Of a DNA stretch of 57,405 nt, positions 35,458 through 45,442 are shown piece after piece. Under the pieces are notes generated by a model. It saw nothing but the letters and a program-made list of their open reading frames with translations. It was not told the DNA's origin and did no database searches. This stretch comes from a virus, in the IMG/VR virus record IMGVR_UViG_3300045988_073597, positions 1 through 57,405 of that record, one strand, 5' to 3'. The position numbers and the translations under genes are program-made. Numbering within the stretch: the stretch's first letter is position 1; every line of letters starts with the position of its first letter.

Positions 35458-35847
35458 CTATATTGCTTTTACATACGGGAAAATTCCCGCAAATAAATCG
35501 TCGCGACTTATCCAGTTTCTGCTTACTCCGTTCTCTGTATATGACTGCATATAAGCTTCTCCCGCCTGTGAACAATCGTAAACAACAATGTTGATAATGT
35601 TGTTTTCGTATTTCTTCAAATCTGCATATATCTGTTCTTCCGTGTAGCTTGCCGGATAATTACGGCGTTGTGTAATCTCTGTATTTACCTGCTCAATAAG
35701 CTGCTCAATCAGAGGATTTTTTTCCGGCTGGTCAAACTCAACCTCGCCAGATTCATTCATATGGTATTGACCAGATCGGAAGAGCACAGCCGTATTTTGA
35801 TTTTCTGCAAAGTTGAATATGCCATGCTGCAACCTCCTACAGACCAA
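35458..35847 (-). CDS. Head-tail connector-like protein (start uncertain)
   Basis: ORF frame lacks a good SD/ATG. The first in-frame ATG is at 35760, and a strong AGGAGG+ATG at 35825 is in another frame. Confidence 0.45.
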   Translation of the reverse strand: MVCRRLQHGIFNFAENQNTAVLFRSGQYHMNESGEVEFDQPEKNPLIEQLIEQVNTEITQRRNYPASYTEEQIYADLKKYENNIINIVVYDCSQAGEAYMQSYTENGVSRNWISRDDLFAGIFPYVKAI

Positions 35848-36088
35848 ACAGATTAATCAGATACTCTTTCATTTCTGCCCCGGTCATAATGTCCGCATTT
35901 TCAACGCCAGTACACATAACAATCTGACGCAGATCAGAAACGCTCATTCGGTTGATGTCTGTCTTTGTATATCTGGAATCAGAAGATGCCGGAGTATTAA
36001 TCTCCGGCACTTCGTCACCTGCTTTATACCATTTCCCATTACGCTTCATTGTGTATTCTGCAATCATCAGCACACACCTCCTACGCAA
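35837..36088 (-). CDS. Small head-associated protein with Rho-N/SAP-like C-terminal motif
   Basis: 83 aa directly after the capsid gene; ...SVSDLRQIVMCTGVENADIMTGAEMKEYLINLFGL. Confidence 0.45.
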   Translation of the reverse strand: MRRRCVLMIAEYTMKRNGKWYKAGDEVPEINTPASSDSRYTKTDINRMSVSDLRQIVMCTGVENADIMTGAEMKEYLINLFGL

Positions 36089-37178
36089 CTTTCATAACAA
36101 CAACGCTGTCCATTCCCTCAAATGTAGGCAGACCAATCATGGATACAACACAATGTGTATTGATTGGATGGTTTGTAGCATATGTGTATACAGAAATACC
36201 AGTTTCAACAATAGACAGGTTTCCGTCTGTAAGGCTTCCACTTCTCTCTTCCGGTGTTTTTCCGAACACATAATCTCCAAGATAGATACCGCCAGACTGG
36301 CAAGATACAATACCTGTAGGAACAAAGTATTTTGTCTTATTGTCTGTCGGGTCGATATACAGTTTGTCGTATACCTCAATCTCGATGCCATATCCACGCA
36401 GATACTCAGTTACCTGTGACTGCTGCAAGCGAATACCGCCATTGTAAGCAGTGATTCCGAGAACCTGTTTCTTTGTGTCCTCTGCTTTCAGAACATATTC
36501 CCATGTTTCTGTATTCATGGTGAATCTGGTCAGTGAATAACCTGTTTTCTTTGCGAAATCGCGTCTTGTCTGAATCAAATCATCTAACGGTGTTGCTGTC
36601 GCTGATGCGGACCATTTGTCGGTTTCGCCTGCGGAAATATCAACAAAGTGGTCTTTCTTATGTGATACACCATCATCATCGGTGTAATCAATGTAATAAC
36701 TCTTACCGCCGATTGTTACCGGTACTTTCGGAATACCGTCTGCCGGGGCAAGCAGATTCCAAATCTGTCTCTCTGGTACTGCTAATGCACCCTCAATCAG
36801 AATCATAGGTTTTTTACTGATTTCTCTCAGAACATCGTTCGCAAGACTGGTGTTCTCGGAACTTCTGTAATTGTCATACATCTGTTCCTCTTCCTCAGTA
36901 ACCATGTAAGATTCACGATAGAATGGCATGTTGTTCTGAATATCGGAGAAACCTCCAACATCTCTTAACTCTGCCTGTGCGTCAAAGTTAGATGCTTTTA
37001 AGGAAACTGGAAGTCCAGATTTTCCTTTAATGAATCTCAGATTTAATCCGTCCTGTTTTCTTGTTCCAAACTTCTGTCTACCAAGATATGGTGCAGAACC
37101 TAATGTTTTCTCATAGTTATCCCACATTACTCCCAGACTTCTGGCAGTAAACGCTTCGCTCAATGGTAATGCTGGCAT
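36081..37178 (-). CDS. Major capsid protein (capsid protein E-like)
   Basis: 365 aa; position after the scaffold and decoration genes; N-terminus ...MWDNYEKTLGSAPYLGRQKFGTRKQDGLNLRFIKG. Confidence 0.8.
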   Translation of the reverse strand: MPALPLSEAFTARSLGVMWDNYEKTLGSAPYLGRQKFGTRKQDGLNLRFIKGKSGLPVSLKASNFDAQAELRDVGGFSDIQNNMPFYRESYMVTEEEEQMYDNYRSSENTSLANDVLREISKKPMILIEGALAVPERQIWNLLAPADGIPKVPVTIGGKSYYIDYTDDDGVSHKKDHFVDISAGETDKWSASATATPLDDLIQTRRDFAKKTGYSLTRFTMNTETWEYVLKAEDTKKQVLGITAYNGGIRLQQSQVTEYLRGYGIEIEVYDKLYIDPTDNKTKYFVPTGIVSCQSGGIYLGDYVFGKTPEERSGSLTDGNLSIVETGISVYTYATNHPINTHCVVSMIGLPTFEGMDSVVVMKVA

Positions 37179-37197
37179 TGTTTATACCTCTCTTTCA

Positions 37198-37527
37198 TTA
37201 ATCAAAAAAAGTAACTCGTGGCGTTGCAGCTTTCGCTTCATCCGTTACGGTTACTCCATTTGCTGTCACTTTTGTTTTGTCAATAGAACCCTGATATACA
37301 TAGGTTCCGGGTGCATCTCCCATAGTTACGTCTACATCTTCCAGAATGTAACCAAGGCACTTTGCATCGTTGCTCGGATATGGTGTTCCTGCTTTTACAA
37401 TTTTCTGACCGTTACCGTCAGCCGCAGATGCCATAGACTGAGGAACTACGCAAGCAGCTCCCTCATAAGGAAAGTATTTTAAAATACCTTTACTTTGTGA
37501 AAAATCTCTTACAATAGGTTTTCCCAT
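37198..37527 (-). CDS. Head decoration protein-like
   Basis: 109 aa between the scaffold and capsid genes. Confidence 0.55.
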   Translation of the reverse strand: MGKPIVRDFSQSKGILKYFPYEGAACVVPQSMASAADGNGQKIVKAGTPYPSNDAKCLGYILEDVDVTMGDAPGTYVYQGSIDKTKVTANGVTVTDEAKAATPRVTFFD

Positions 37528-37537
37528 GATGTACCTC

Positions 37538-38101
37538 CTAAATCACATAATGATTTTTAGTTTCGGCAGATGCTGTTGCATTTCCAAATGAAATACTTTC
37601 TGCATTTAACACATCTGCTGTTTTTTCTTCGCCACTTCCACTTCCGCTGCCAGAACCGCCGCCTGGATTTGTGCCACCGTCAGCAATTTCTTTTTCTTTT
37701 GCCTGTGCGGAAGCTGTTTCTTTATCAGTGATAATTTTTCCAAGAGCTTCGTAATCCAGAGTTCCATCGTCTTTGACAACTGTTTTTGCCTGTTCTGCAT
37801 CAATCTTGAAATTGGACATAGCCTGTTCACGCTGATTTCGGATTGCATTTTTTTTCTGCATGTCAGCAATGGTTTTGTTTGCTTCCTCTAAAGCTTTGTT
37901 AGCCTTTTCGATCTCGGTGAGATTGCCTGTTTCCAGTTCATCAATTTTGGCCTGCAACTCTTTTGCTTTGTCAGCATCGGCTTTATATGCCTTTGCTTTA
38001 GTCTTTTCCTTTTCCAGTTCTGCATTGCTCTGGTTCAGAAGATTTGTAATCTGTTCCTCTGTAGCTTCTGGAAAAAGTTTCAAAACCTGTTCTCTTGTCA
38101 T
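37538..38101 (-). CDS. Scaffolding protein
   Basis: Highly charged coiled-coil 187-aa protein with a GGGSGSGSGSG tract, upstream of the capsid gene. Confidence 0.7.
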   Translation of the reverse strand: MTREQVLKLFPEATEEQITNLLNQSNAELEKEKTKAKAYKADADKAKELQAKIDELETGNLTEIEKANKALEEANKTIADMQKKNAIRNQREQAMSNFKIDAEQAKTVVKDDGTLDYEALGKIITDKETASAQAKEKEIADGGTNPGGGSGSGSGSGEEKTADVLNAESISFGNATASAETKNHYVI

Positions 38102-38200
38102 AATTACCTCCGTTACTCACGCTTTTGTTATCGCAGGTCGCTCCTGCTGAGTTCTCCCATTTATCGCATGGGTGCATTTTTTGTATCAAAAAAGCAACCA

Positions 38201-40444
38201 CTATGAAGTAGTTGCTTCCTTAATTAATGTATTGATTTTATTTGTCACCCACGTTTTTGTGTCACACGCATACTCAACTTCCATCTGAGCACCTGCATCG
38301 TTTGAAATGATGCTTGTCGGCTTAAAAGTAGTGAGTGATTTATACGCCTGTATTTGTGCTTCTGATAAGTCGGTTTCTATTGGTGTATTGAGATATGTCA
38401 TTACTTTGATTGGATTTGATGCAATTAATGCTTTAAAAGCATCCATCCCGATAGTTCCGTTATCATAATTAAAATACAAATGCAGTTGACCATTATCCAG
38501 TAAAGAGTCAAATTGACCTATACCATTTCCATAAATATATTGATTGCACAAGATTTTTCTAGGTAAAACTAAATCACTCCATTTTATTCTTGTTGTATAT
38601 GTTCCTTCTATCCAATGTTCACTCCATTCTTCATCGCTACTTCCATCAAATACACCTTTCCACACCCTTTGCACATATTTCCCTCTCGCAAAGTCAATCT
38701 CGTCCGCAATCCATGCCTGTCCGCCTGCATCAGTGTAGGTGATTCCAGATGTGCCGGAGGGAACTGGGATTGCAGAAAGTCCTGTTGGAGTTGTGATTGG
38801 GAGGGATTGTGGTTGTTTGTATGGTTCATATGATGTGGCTGTGTTGCCCTCTTCTAACTGAATATGGTACACGCCATTCAGAACATCATTAAAAATAGCA
38901 GGTGCGTTATCTTGTTTTAATGTTCTAATTTGGACTGTAATGTTTCCGCTACTGTCTGTTGCAAATGTTTTTGGTCTATCTTTCCATACCCCATTGATAT
39001 TACTACTCGGACCGCTAAAATAAATGCTTGCTACATTTGCGGTTGCCGGAAAATCTGTTGATAGAGTATACTTTGTACTAGGTTTCAAGGTAAAAGTAAA
39101 TGTATTTACAACGGGAGTACTGGTGTACTCTTTACTCAAATCAAACAAATTCTTTCCAGTAATCTCAACCCCAATACTTCCATCTCCACCTACGTTTTCA
39201 ATCTCCTGTGGATATTCTGGACTTGGTGAGGGTTTACCACCAGTGTAGGGTTCAAATGGTAATGCAACGGTAGATTTTGCAAAGATTACATTCCTTGCAA
39301 AATTTGGGTTATTATTATTATAATCTACTGTAAATCGAATATATGCGGCATTTTCTGGCGTTTCAAAAACAGTGTTGTATTTATCTGTTGCTATTCCAAG
39401 GATAAAGGTTTTACTTGAATCGTAAAATGCACCCCATCTACCCGCATCCTGATCCGAATGTAAATAATATTTTGTCTTAGCACTCACGGCAATGAAATTA
39501 CTGCAATACGAATCTGTTTCTACCATATTGTTTCCAGTATCATCACTAATAAACCCTTGGCTCACATCATTTGCATCAAACAAATTCGCCCCTGTTGTCG
39601 TCTCCTGCCAACTCTTTCCATACAGCCTCAATCCTTGCAACGGCATTTCTGCACTGTCAGATACTGATACAGGCTTTCCAGACTGTGAAGTAATATTTTC
39701 AACTATTACCGGTGCTTTTCCTCTTATTTTCTCATTTAATTGCTTTACAGATGCATCTAATTCAGTATAGGTATCTGGGATAGATGCTAATACTTCTGTA
39801 CCTTTGTTTTGTACGTTGTTTACCTGTGTTGTTCCTGCACTGTTTACATTTGAAACTTGATTGTTTCCAACCGTCTGAATCTGATTTGTAACTTCTGACA
39901 GCTTTGCAGATGCAGTGCTGTTCAATTCAGAAATCAACTGTGTATACAGGTCAGATGCACTCTGTTCTTCTGATGCAGACATATCTGAAGATAATCCAAT
40001 CAGACATTTTCCGATCGCAATCGTTGTATTCCATACATTCTGCTTCACACCGCTAGAATCGGTTTTGATTGCACACACGACAAACTGAACGTCACCCTTA
40101 TATGAAGTAACTTTTGCAGATAATTCCCATGAAAAAGTTATATATCCGTCAGATGTGGTTTTAACATCCGTGACATGATATCGGTCTTTTCCCTCTTCCT
40201 TATTGCTTGCATTTTGGAATACCACATACAACTCAAGTGCAGATAAATCAATATTGTTTCCGACAATCTTAGGGCAGTGGAAATATTTTCGTTCTGCCTT
40301 TTGGTCAGTCTCAACACCTAAAATGATCTCAGAATCCGGGATACTGATTTCTCGTGTTTCTGGGTCTATTTCCAGTACGTCATTTACTGGTTGTGCCGCC
40401 ATATGTAATTCTGCTTCGTTTAGTAATTCTTCTATACTTGGCAT
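38201..40444 (-). CDS. Large Ig/BppU-N-like fibre or adhesin-like structural protein (747 aa)
   Basis: N-terminal ~150 aa resemble BppU-type Ig domains; central coiled region; beta-rich C-terminal half; located between the portal and scaffold genes. Confidence 0.5.
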   Translation of the reverse strand: MPSIEELLNEAELHMAAQPVNDVLEIDPETREISIPDSEIILGVETDQKAERKYFHCPKIVGNNIDLSALELYVVFQNASNKEEGKDRYHVTDVKTTSDGYITFSWELSAKVTSYKGDVQFVVCAIKTDSSGVKQNVWNTTIAIGKCLIGLSSDMSASEEQSASDLYTQLISELNSTASAKLSEVTNQIQTVGNNQVSNVNSAGTTQVNNVQNKGTEVLASIPDTYTELDASVKQLNEKIRGKAPVIVENITSQSGKPVSVSDSAEMPLQGLRLYGKSWQETTTGANLFDANDVSQGFISDDTGNNMVETDSYCSNFIAVSAKTKYYLHSDQDAGRWGAFYDSSKTFILGIATDKYNTVFETPENAAYIRFTVDYNNNNPNFARNVIFAKSTVALPFEPYTGGKPSPSPEYPQEIENVGGDGSIGVEITGKNLFDLSKEYTSTPVVNTFTFTLKPSTKYTLSTDFPATANVASIYFSGPSSNINGVWKDRPKTFATDSSGNITVQIRTLKQDNAPAIFNDVLNGVYHIQLEEGNTATSYEPYKQPQSLPITTPTGLSAIPVPSGTSGITYTDAGGQAWIADEIDFARGKYVQRVWKGVFDGSSDEEWSEHWIEGTYTTRIKWSDLVLPRKILCNQYIYGNGIGQFDSLLDNGQLHLYFNYDNGTIGMDAFKALIASNPIKVMTYLNTPIETDLSEAQIQAYKSLTTFKPTSIISNDAGAQMEVEYACDTKTWVTNKINTLIKEATTS

Positions 40445-40455
40445 GTGTATTTACC

Positions 40456-40764
40456 TCATGTCTGGTCAACGAATAACTTATTTGTCGATACAAGCTGTCC
40501 GTTTCTCTTTCCATAAATCTGGATGCTAAAGAATTTTCCGTCAGTCACAGAACTTGGAACCGCAACCTTGCCATTCACAACTCTGTTCGTTTCAACTCCG
40601 TTTGAATCTCTCATGCACACGACTTTTGCCATGCCCGCCCAACTCGCATCAAACGAAAAAACAAGATTCAGCCAGTTATCCGTTCCGCTTGCAATTCCTG
40701 TGAAATCACATCCATTTTCCTTTTCTATCGTCTGCCAGAAAACCTTAAATCTCAAATCTCTCAT
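40456..40764 (-). CDS. Small Ig-like structural protein
   Basis: 102 aa, beta-rich; same pattern as the N-domain of the downstream 747-aa protein. Confidence 0.45.
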   Translation of the reverse strand: MRDLRFKVFWQTIEKENGCDFTGIASGTDNWLNLVFSFDASWAGMAKVVCMRDSNGVETNRVVNGKVAVPSSVTDGKFFSIQIYGKRNGQLVSTNKLFVDQT

Positions 40765-40790
40765 TTATAGCCACCTAAAAATAGCCACCA

Positions 40791-42221
40791 CTATTCTGCG
40801 ATGGCGTTTTTATTATTCATCTGTTGCATCAACTCTTGTGCTTTCTTTTCTTGTGCAGCAACATCATCAATCGTCTGCCACAGGTTATCCAGATACGGTT
40901 TTGAAAGCAAGAATGTTTTTTCCGCATCGCCCCAGAGACCTACTGTCTTGATTGCCACGAGCGGATGCACGCCACACTGTAACAGTTGTAAAAGTGTCTG
41001 AGACTTCGTGTACATGTTATCCTGTGGACTATGGTTAATCTGTACCGTAAAATCTCTAAGAGACAGGTTTAAGTCCTTTTCATATATGCGAATCACATTC
41101 AGAACCACTTTTGCCAGTCGTTTTTCTGCCGTAACAATCAGTGGGTCTTTCAGTTTTGCTCTGGTCTTGGAGAAATCCCATCCGTTTCGCAACTCTACAG
41201 CACCTTGCGTATCACCGCCAGTATTTCCCTGTTTTGACGGAATAGCCAGAATTGATAACGCATTGTCCCACAAATCGTCCTTTGCTATCTGAGACTGTGA
41301 CTGATCTAACTCTTGCGTAATAACATCAACATCAGCTTTGTTATCTTTATTGATGGATTTTACAACTAAAGCACAATTCATTTTCATTTTTTCAAATTGT
41401 TCTTCGTCAACTTCGCAATTAATAAATTTGTACCATGCTTGGATCAGCTGTTCCACTCCATCCATTCGATTAGATTGCATATTATTTATCGCATCTAAAA
41501 GATCAACCACAAGTTCAATATCTGAAATTCGTTCGTGATTATTCGGATATTCAACAATCGGAATACCACCAAATCCATGTAATTTCCAATCAGATACGGC
41601 TCCGTTTATTATTTTGCACTCATGTGTACTGGAATAGCACAACTTGTAGTATCTCCCGTCAGCATCTTTCAACTCCTGTACTGCCAGTAACGGCTCTTCC
41701 GTACTTCTGTTGTAGATGACAAACGTATTCATCGGTGACGGTGCAACAATTCTAAATGGTACTTCTTCGCCCGGTGTTTTCTGCACCGCCTTAAAAGATG
41801 TACCTGTTGCTGACTGCCATTCACCGGATTTTATGTCTTTTTCCTGTTTGTTTGCATCTTCCATATAGTCATTTAATGTGTCTACAGCCTTATTTACGGC
41901 TTCTTCATCTTTACGGCTAATGTACTGCACAGGTTCGCCATAGGATTGTCCTGTTTTAAACTGGACAATCTCATACGCATGGTTTTCAACGATTTTATTT
42001 GTAATGTCGTCACGAACTTTTTTCACACGGTATCGTATCGGCTGATCTCCTTTGTAGTAATCCCATAGATATTTAATAATATGCTTATTCCAGTTAAAAG
42101 TTCCGATGCAATTACCAACAACCTTTACGACATTGTCCTGTGCAATGGTTTCAACATCCGTATATGCAATTTTTCGTCCGTATTTTCCTTTTACAATGTC
42201 TTGAAGATGCAGTGTGTTCAT
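40791..42221 (-). CDS. Portal protein (SPP1 gp6-like)
   Basis: 476 aa; position after TerL; typical portal composition. Confidence 0.85.
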   Translation of the reverse strand: MNTLHLQDIVKGKYGRKIAYTDVETIAQDNVVKVVGNCIGTFNWNKHIIKYLWDYYKGDQPIRYRVKKVRDDITNKIVENHAYEIVQFKTGQSYGEPVQYISRKDEEAVNKAVDTLNDYMEDANKQEKDIKSGEWQSATGTSFKAVQKTPGEEVPFRIVAPSPMNTFVIYNRSTEEPLLAVQELKDADGRYYKLCYSSTHECKIINGAVSDWKLHGFGGIPIVEYPNNHERISDIELVVDLLDAINNMQSNRMDGVEQLIQAWYKFINCEVDEEQFEKMKMNCALVVKSINKDNKADVDVITQELDQSQSQIAKDDLWDNALSILAIPSKQGNTGGDTQGAVELRNGWDFSKTRAKLKDPLIVTAEKRLAKVVLNVIRIYEKDLNLSLRDFTVQINHSPQDNMYTKSQTLLQLLQCGVHPLVAIKTVGLWGDAEKTFLLSKPYLDNLWQTIDDVAAQEKKAQELMQQMNNKNAIAE

Positions 42222-42231
42222 GCGTTACCTC

Positions 42232-42423
42232 TTAATATCTCATACCGCTGCTACATGTTCTGCCGGGCAACGGTTTTATCTCTGATTGCCATGTGACCGG
42301 ATCGTAAATAATCTGTTTTCTACAGTTACCACATCTGGAAATCACTTTCTGTTTGGGTTTTCCATAATATTTGCCAACAACCGAATCACATTTAGGGCAT
42401 TTAATTATTCTTGGTTCTCTCAT
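42232..42423 (-). CDS. Com-like zinc-ribbon protein
   Basis: IIKCPKCDSVVGKYYGKPKQKVISRCGNCRKQIIY (two CxxC pairs); ATG at 42423. Confidence 0.5.
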   Translation of the reverse strand: MREPRIIKCPKCDSVVGKYYGKPKQKVISRCGNCRKQIIYDPVTWQSEIKPLPGRTCSSGMRY

Positions 42424-42439
42424 AATGTTTCTTTCTAAC

Positions 42440-42468
42440 AAAAAAGCACCACCGGTTAAGGTGATGCT
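42440..42468 (-). terminator. Intrinsic terminator between the sigma-like gene and the zinc-ribbon/portal genes
   Basis: agcatcacc-ttaacc-ggtggtgct followed by TTTTTT on the minus strand (one mismatch in the stem). Confidence 0.55.
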
Positions 42469-42551
42469 TCTTCGTATGGGGGGATTTTGTGAAAAAGAAC
42501 TCATTGTCAATTTCTTCGATTGTAATTATATCAAATTATATATGTGACATT

Positions 42552-42989
42552 CTATGACATCTTTACATTCAAATACAAATGTCCGTATTTTTTTTCAAAC
42601 GCTTGCAATGCTTTCCCATGCAAACGTAACGTCTGACGGAAAGAATACTCCATATCAGATGCAATCTTCTCAAAAGTCTTTTTCTCGATATATCTGGAAA
42701 ACAAAATGTCATAAAGAACTTCGTCCTCTATGCTGTCAATCTGTTTGATGATAATTTCTTTCTTATCAACAAATTCATCTATCATTTCATCTATTTTCTT
42801 TTCCATCTCTTCGATTTTTGCAAATTTTGTGCTGTTTTTATCTGGATCTGGTGATGTTTGCACTCTTTCTGAATTTTTTACAGCAGATATGCTACATGCC
42901 ATGATTTTATATTGGTGTAATTCAACCAATTTATTGTCGATCATCCGATTCCATCTGCTTATCTGCCCTAAATATTCCTTTGTCGTCAT
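42552..42989 (-). CDS. DUF1492/RinA-ArpU-like sigma-related transcriptional regulator
   Basis: C-terminal region-4-like HTH (FSRYIEKKTFEKIASDMEYSFRQTLRLHGKALQAF). Confidence 0.6.
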   Translation of the reverse strand: MTTKEYLGQISRWNRMIDNKLVELHQYKIMACSISAVKNSERVQTSPDPDKNSTKFAKIEEMEKKIDEMIDEFVDKKEIIIKQIDSIEDEVLYDILFSRYIEKKTFEKIASDMEYSFRQTLRLHGKALQAFEKKYGHLYLNVKMS

Positions 42990-42991
42990 TT

Positions 42992-44773
42992 TTAATACCC
43001 CCTACGCATAAATGGATTTATTGCCGCTTCGGCTTTTGCTACTGTTCCGCTTCTCATTTCATTTTCAAATAATGCAATGCCATCTGGTGCATCATCGTGC
43101 TTTACTTTTCCACTTCGTGTCATGGTTGTAAGTTCTTTCATAAATTTGTAATATTGGCTTTGCCTATCCATTTTTCTGAAATCTCTAAAATAGTAATCAC
43201 GAATAATGTTATCTCTGGCATTTTCCATTCTGGTTATTTTGTTTGAGCAGTTAAATTTGAACCTTGCGCTACATCTACCACCTTGGTTTTTCACAAGTTC
43301 CATTACATCACGTCCAAAATATTCTCCGGCGCTATTGCTTTCAAACGTAACCGTTTTTACATTATGCTTGACAAGCATATTTGCACATTCTGGTTTCGTA
43401 AATTGCGTACCGGCATTATCAAACACCACATCCACAATATACACTTCATTTCCATATACATACCCAACCGGCATACAGCAACTATCTTCACCTTTATCAG
43501 CACTATCGCAAGCTGCCATTATTGCATCTGGCTCACGATCAACAGGAAGTTCTTCAAAATAATTCAATTCTTTTTCGGCAAACATTCTTCCTTTTGCTTC
43601 AAAAGGTTCTTGCTGGAACTCTGCCGCCCATGTTTCTTCCGTAACAAGTTTTCGTTCTTTTTGATAATATTCTGTGGTGAAAATCTTACGGATTCCTTTT
43701 TTATCCTTACGGAAGATTTCCCAGTTGCTCTTATCAGTTATTGGATCAAGTGCAGGAACCGCAACCTCTCTCCATCTCCAACCAAGCTCATCTGCTTTTA
43801 CCTGTAATGCTGTAATCGGGTCGTACAAGCTATATTTCGTTCCCTGTATAATGATTGGTGTGCCCTCTAGTCTACGTCCAAGAACATCATCTGTAACTTT
43901 TTCGCACAAGAACTCTAATCTATCCCTGTTTCTTGCTTCCTCGTGGTTTTTAACACAGTCATCAATGTATACAAGCACATTCGCTTCTGTACATCCGACA
44001 ATAGCACCATCAATAGGCCGGCACGTAAATGTAGGAAATATGTTTTTGCTTTTTAAATCAATAGATAGATTTTCTGCACTTTTGTAGTCCTTTTCGCCTA
44101 TTTTTTTTGCTTCTGGAAATACACTGAGGAAACGTTGATATGTGCGATCTGTTTCAAAATCTTGTAAAAGACCACCGTAAAAACGCTTTACAAGTCCCTC
44201 GCCTTTACCGACACCGAAAATACTTCCGTCCGGGTCTCTACCGCCCATCATTTGTGCTAATTTCAGACCAGATGTTGTTTTTCCGGTTCTTTTTGGCTGT
44301 GATACAGACAGAAAATCCAATTTTCCATCGTAAACGTCTTGATATGCGGTAATTACCGGGTTCAGAACTTTTCTACGTGGAAAATAAAACCTTTTATATG
44401 GGTCTCTCTCGTCAATTTCCATGTAGTAGAAAAAGCTATCTACCAGATACGGTGCTTCCAACCTTAACACATCATAAAATTTGTTTAAAATCTTATATTC
44501 TGCATTACTTTCTGATCTGTACACTTCCAAATCCTGTATAGTACCGCCTTGGCTTTGAATTAAAACAGCATCATTTATTATGTTTTTTGTTTTTTTTGAA
44601 ATTTCAAGTGCGTACTTTGAATCGTTATCCCTAAACATGCCGCACTTAATAGAATTTATATAGGCATCTATGACATTATACAATTCTCCGTCAGAAACAA
44701 TCTTATTTATTCCTTTCTTTGAAATGTATTCATCATTTTTTTTGATTTGATTAACTAGTTCAATACTAGCCAA
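42992..44773 (-). CDS. terL: Terminase large subunit
   Basis: Walker A SQPKRTGKTT; nuclease-domain acidic residues; 593 aa; TTG start 7 nt after GGAGGTG. Confidence 0.9.
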   Translation of the reverse strand: MASIELVNQIKKNDEYISKKGINKIVSDGELYNVIDAYINSIKCGMFRDNDSKYALEISKKTKNIINDAVLIQSQGGTIQDLEVYRSESNAEYKILNKFYDVLRLEAPYLVDSFFYYMEIDERDPYKRFYFPRRKVLNPVITAYQDVYDGKLDFLSVSQPKRTGKTTSGLKLAQMMGGRDPDGSIFGVGKGEGLVKRFYGGLLQDFETDRTYQRFLSVFPEAKKIGEKDYKSAENLSIDLKSKNIFPTFTCRPIDGAIVGCTEANVLVYIDDCVKNHEEARNRDRLEFLCEKVTDDVLGRRLEGTPIIIQGTKYSLYDPITALQVKADELGWRWREVAVPALDPITDKSNWEIFRKDKKGIRKIFTTEYYQKERKLVTEETWAAEFQQEPFEAKGRMFAEKELNYFEELPVDREPDAIMAACDSADKGEDSCCMPVGYVYGNEVYIVDVVFDNAGTQFTKPECANMLVKHNVKTVTFESNSAGEYFGRDVMELVKNQGGRCSARFKFNCSNKITRMENARDNIIRDYYFRDFRKMDRQSQYYKFMKELTTMTRSGKVKHDDAPDGIALFENEMRSGTVAKAEAAINPFMRRGY

Positions 44774-44791
44774 TAGAATACACCTCCACTT

Positions 44792-44821
44792 AAAAAGCAG
44801 AAGTGTATAAATGACTTCTGC
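44792..44821 (-). terminator. Intrinsic terminator just upstream of terL
   Basis: gcagaagt-9 nt loop-acttctgc followed by TTTTT on the minus strand. Confidence 0.6.
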
Positions 44822-44874
44822 CTATAACTTTTCTAGGTTAGCGACTAACTCTATTTGTTAGCCGGTAATATCAC

Positions 44875-45156
44875 TTAATCAATATCTGCAATGCTTTCTA
44901 CGAAGCAGTTATAATAGATATATCTCTTACCATTGAAGTCAAACTTGACATATCCACCATCATTTGTTTCAATATCAATCTTGCCTTCATATGTTGCAAG
45001 CTCTTTACCATCTGCCGTGTATACAGTAATTGTTCTTTGCATACCGCCATTTACATCACTTTTCATATCTGTTACCATTCTGTCCCATGATGCACATCCT
45101 GTCATTCCTAAACACAATGTCAATCATAATACAACTGCTAAAATTTTCTTTTTCAT
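44875..45156 (-). pseudogene. Small lipoprotein whose signal peptide is interrupted by an in-frame TGA (45124-45126)
   Basis: ATG AAA AAG AAA ATT TTA GCA GTT GTA TTA TGA TTG ACA TTG TGT TTA GGA ATG ACA GGA TGT reads MKKKILAVVL*LTLCLGMTGC. The track ORF starts at the TTG right after the stop. Confidence 0.55.
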
Positions 45157-45187
45157 AATATATTCCTTTCTGCTGATAATCAGCCGT

Positions 45188-45442
45188 TTAATTCCACTGC
45201 CATTCCATTTCCTCTTCGCTAAGATATTTATGTCTCACTCTATACCTGTCAATATCTTCTTCCGCAAATGTAATTATATTGTTTGCAAGTCTTACATAAA
45301 CTTCGTATTCGTATTTTCCGTCTGATTTTTCCCACGTCTTGCAGATAACTCCTATGTCCGACTTGTTTACAACAACAATATCTCCAAAAAGAAATCTAGG
45401 TTTATTATCTTTTCCATTCTCAACAACTCCATCAATTATCAT
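45188..45442 (-). CDS. Hypothetical protein
   Basis: 84-aa ORF. Confidence 0.55.
   Translation of the reverse strand: MIIDGVVENGKDNKPRFLFGDIVVVNKSDIGVICKTWEKSDGKYEYEVYVRLANNIITFAEEDIDRYRVRHKYLSEEEMEWQWN

Noticed and set aside
35757-35847. A strong AGGAGG plus ATG (35825) that opens only a 22-codon frame, out of frame with the 35458-35847 connector-like ORF (possible frameshift or upstream leader peptide)
   Set aside because: No slippery heptamer could be found in the 69-nt overlap. A sequencing indel, or initiation at a downstream in-frame ATG (35760), explains it equally well.
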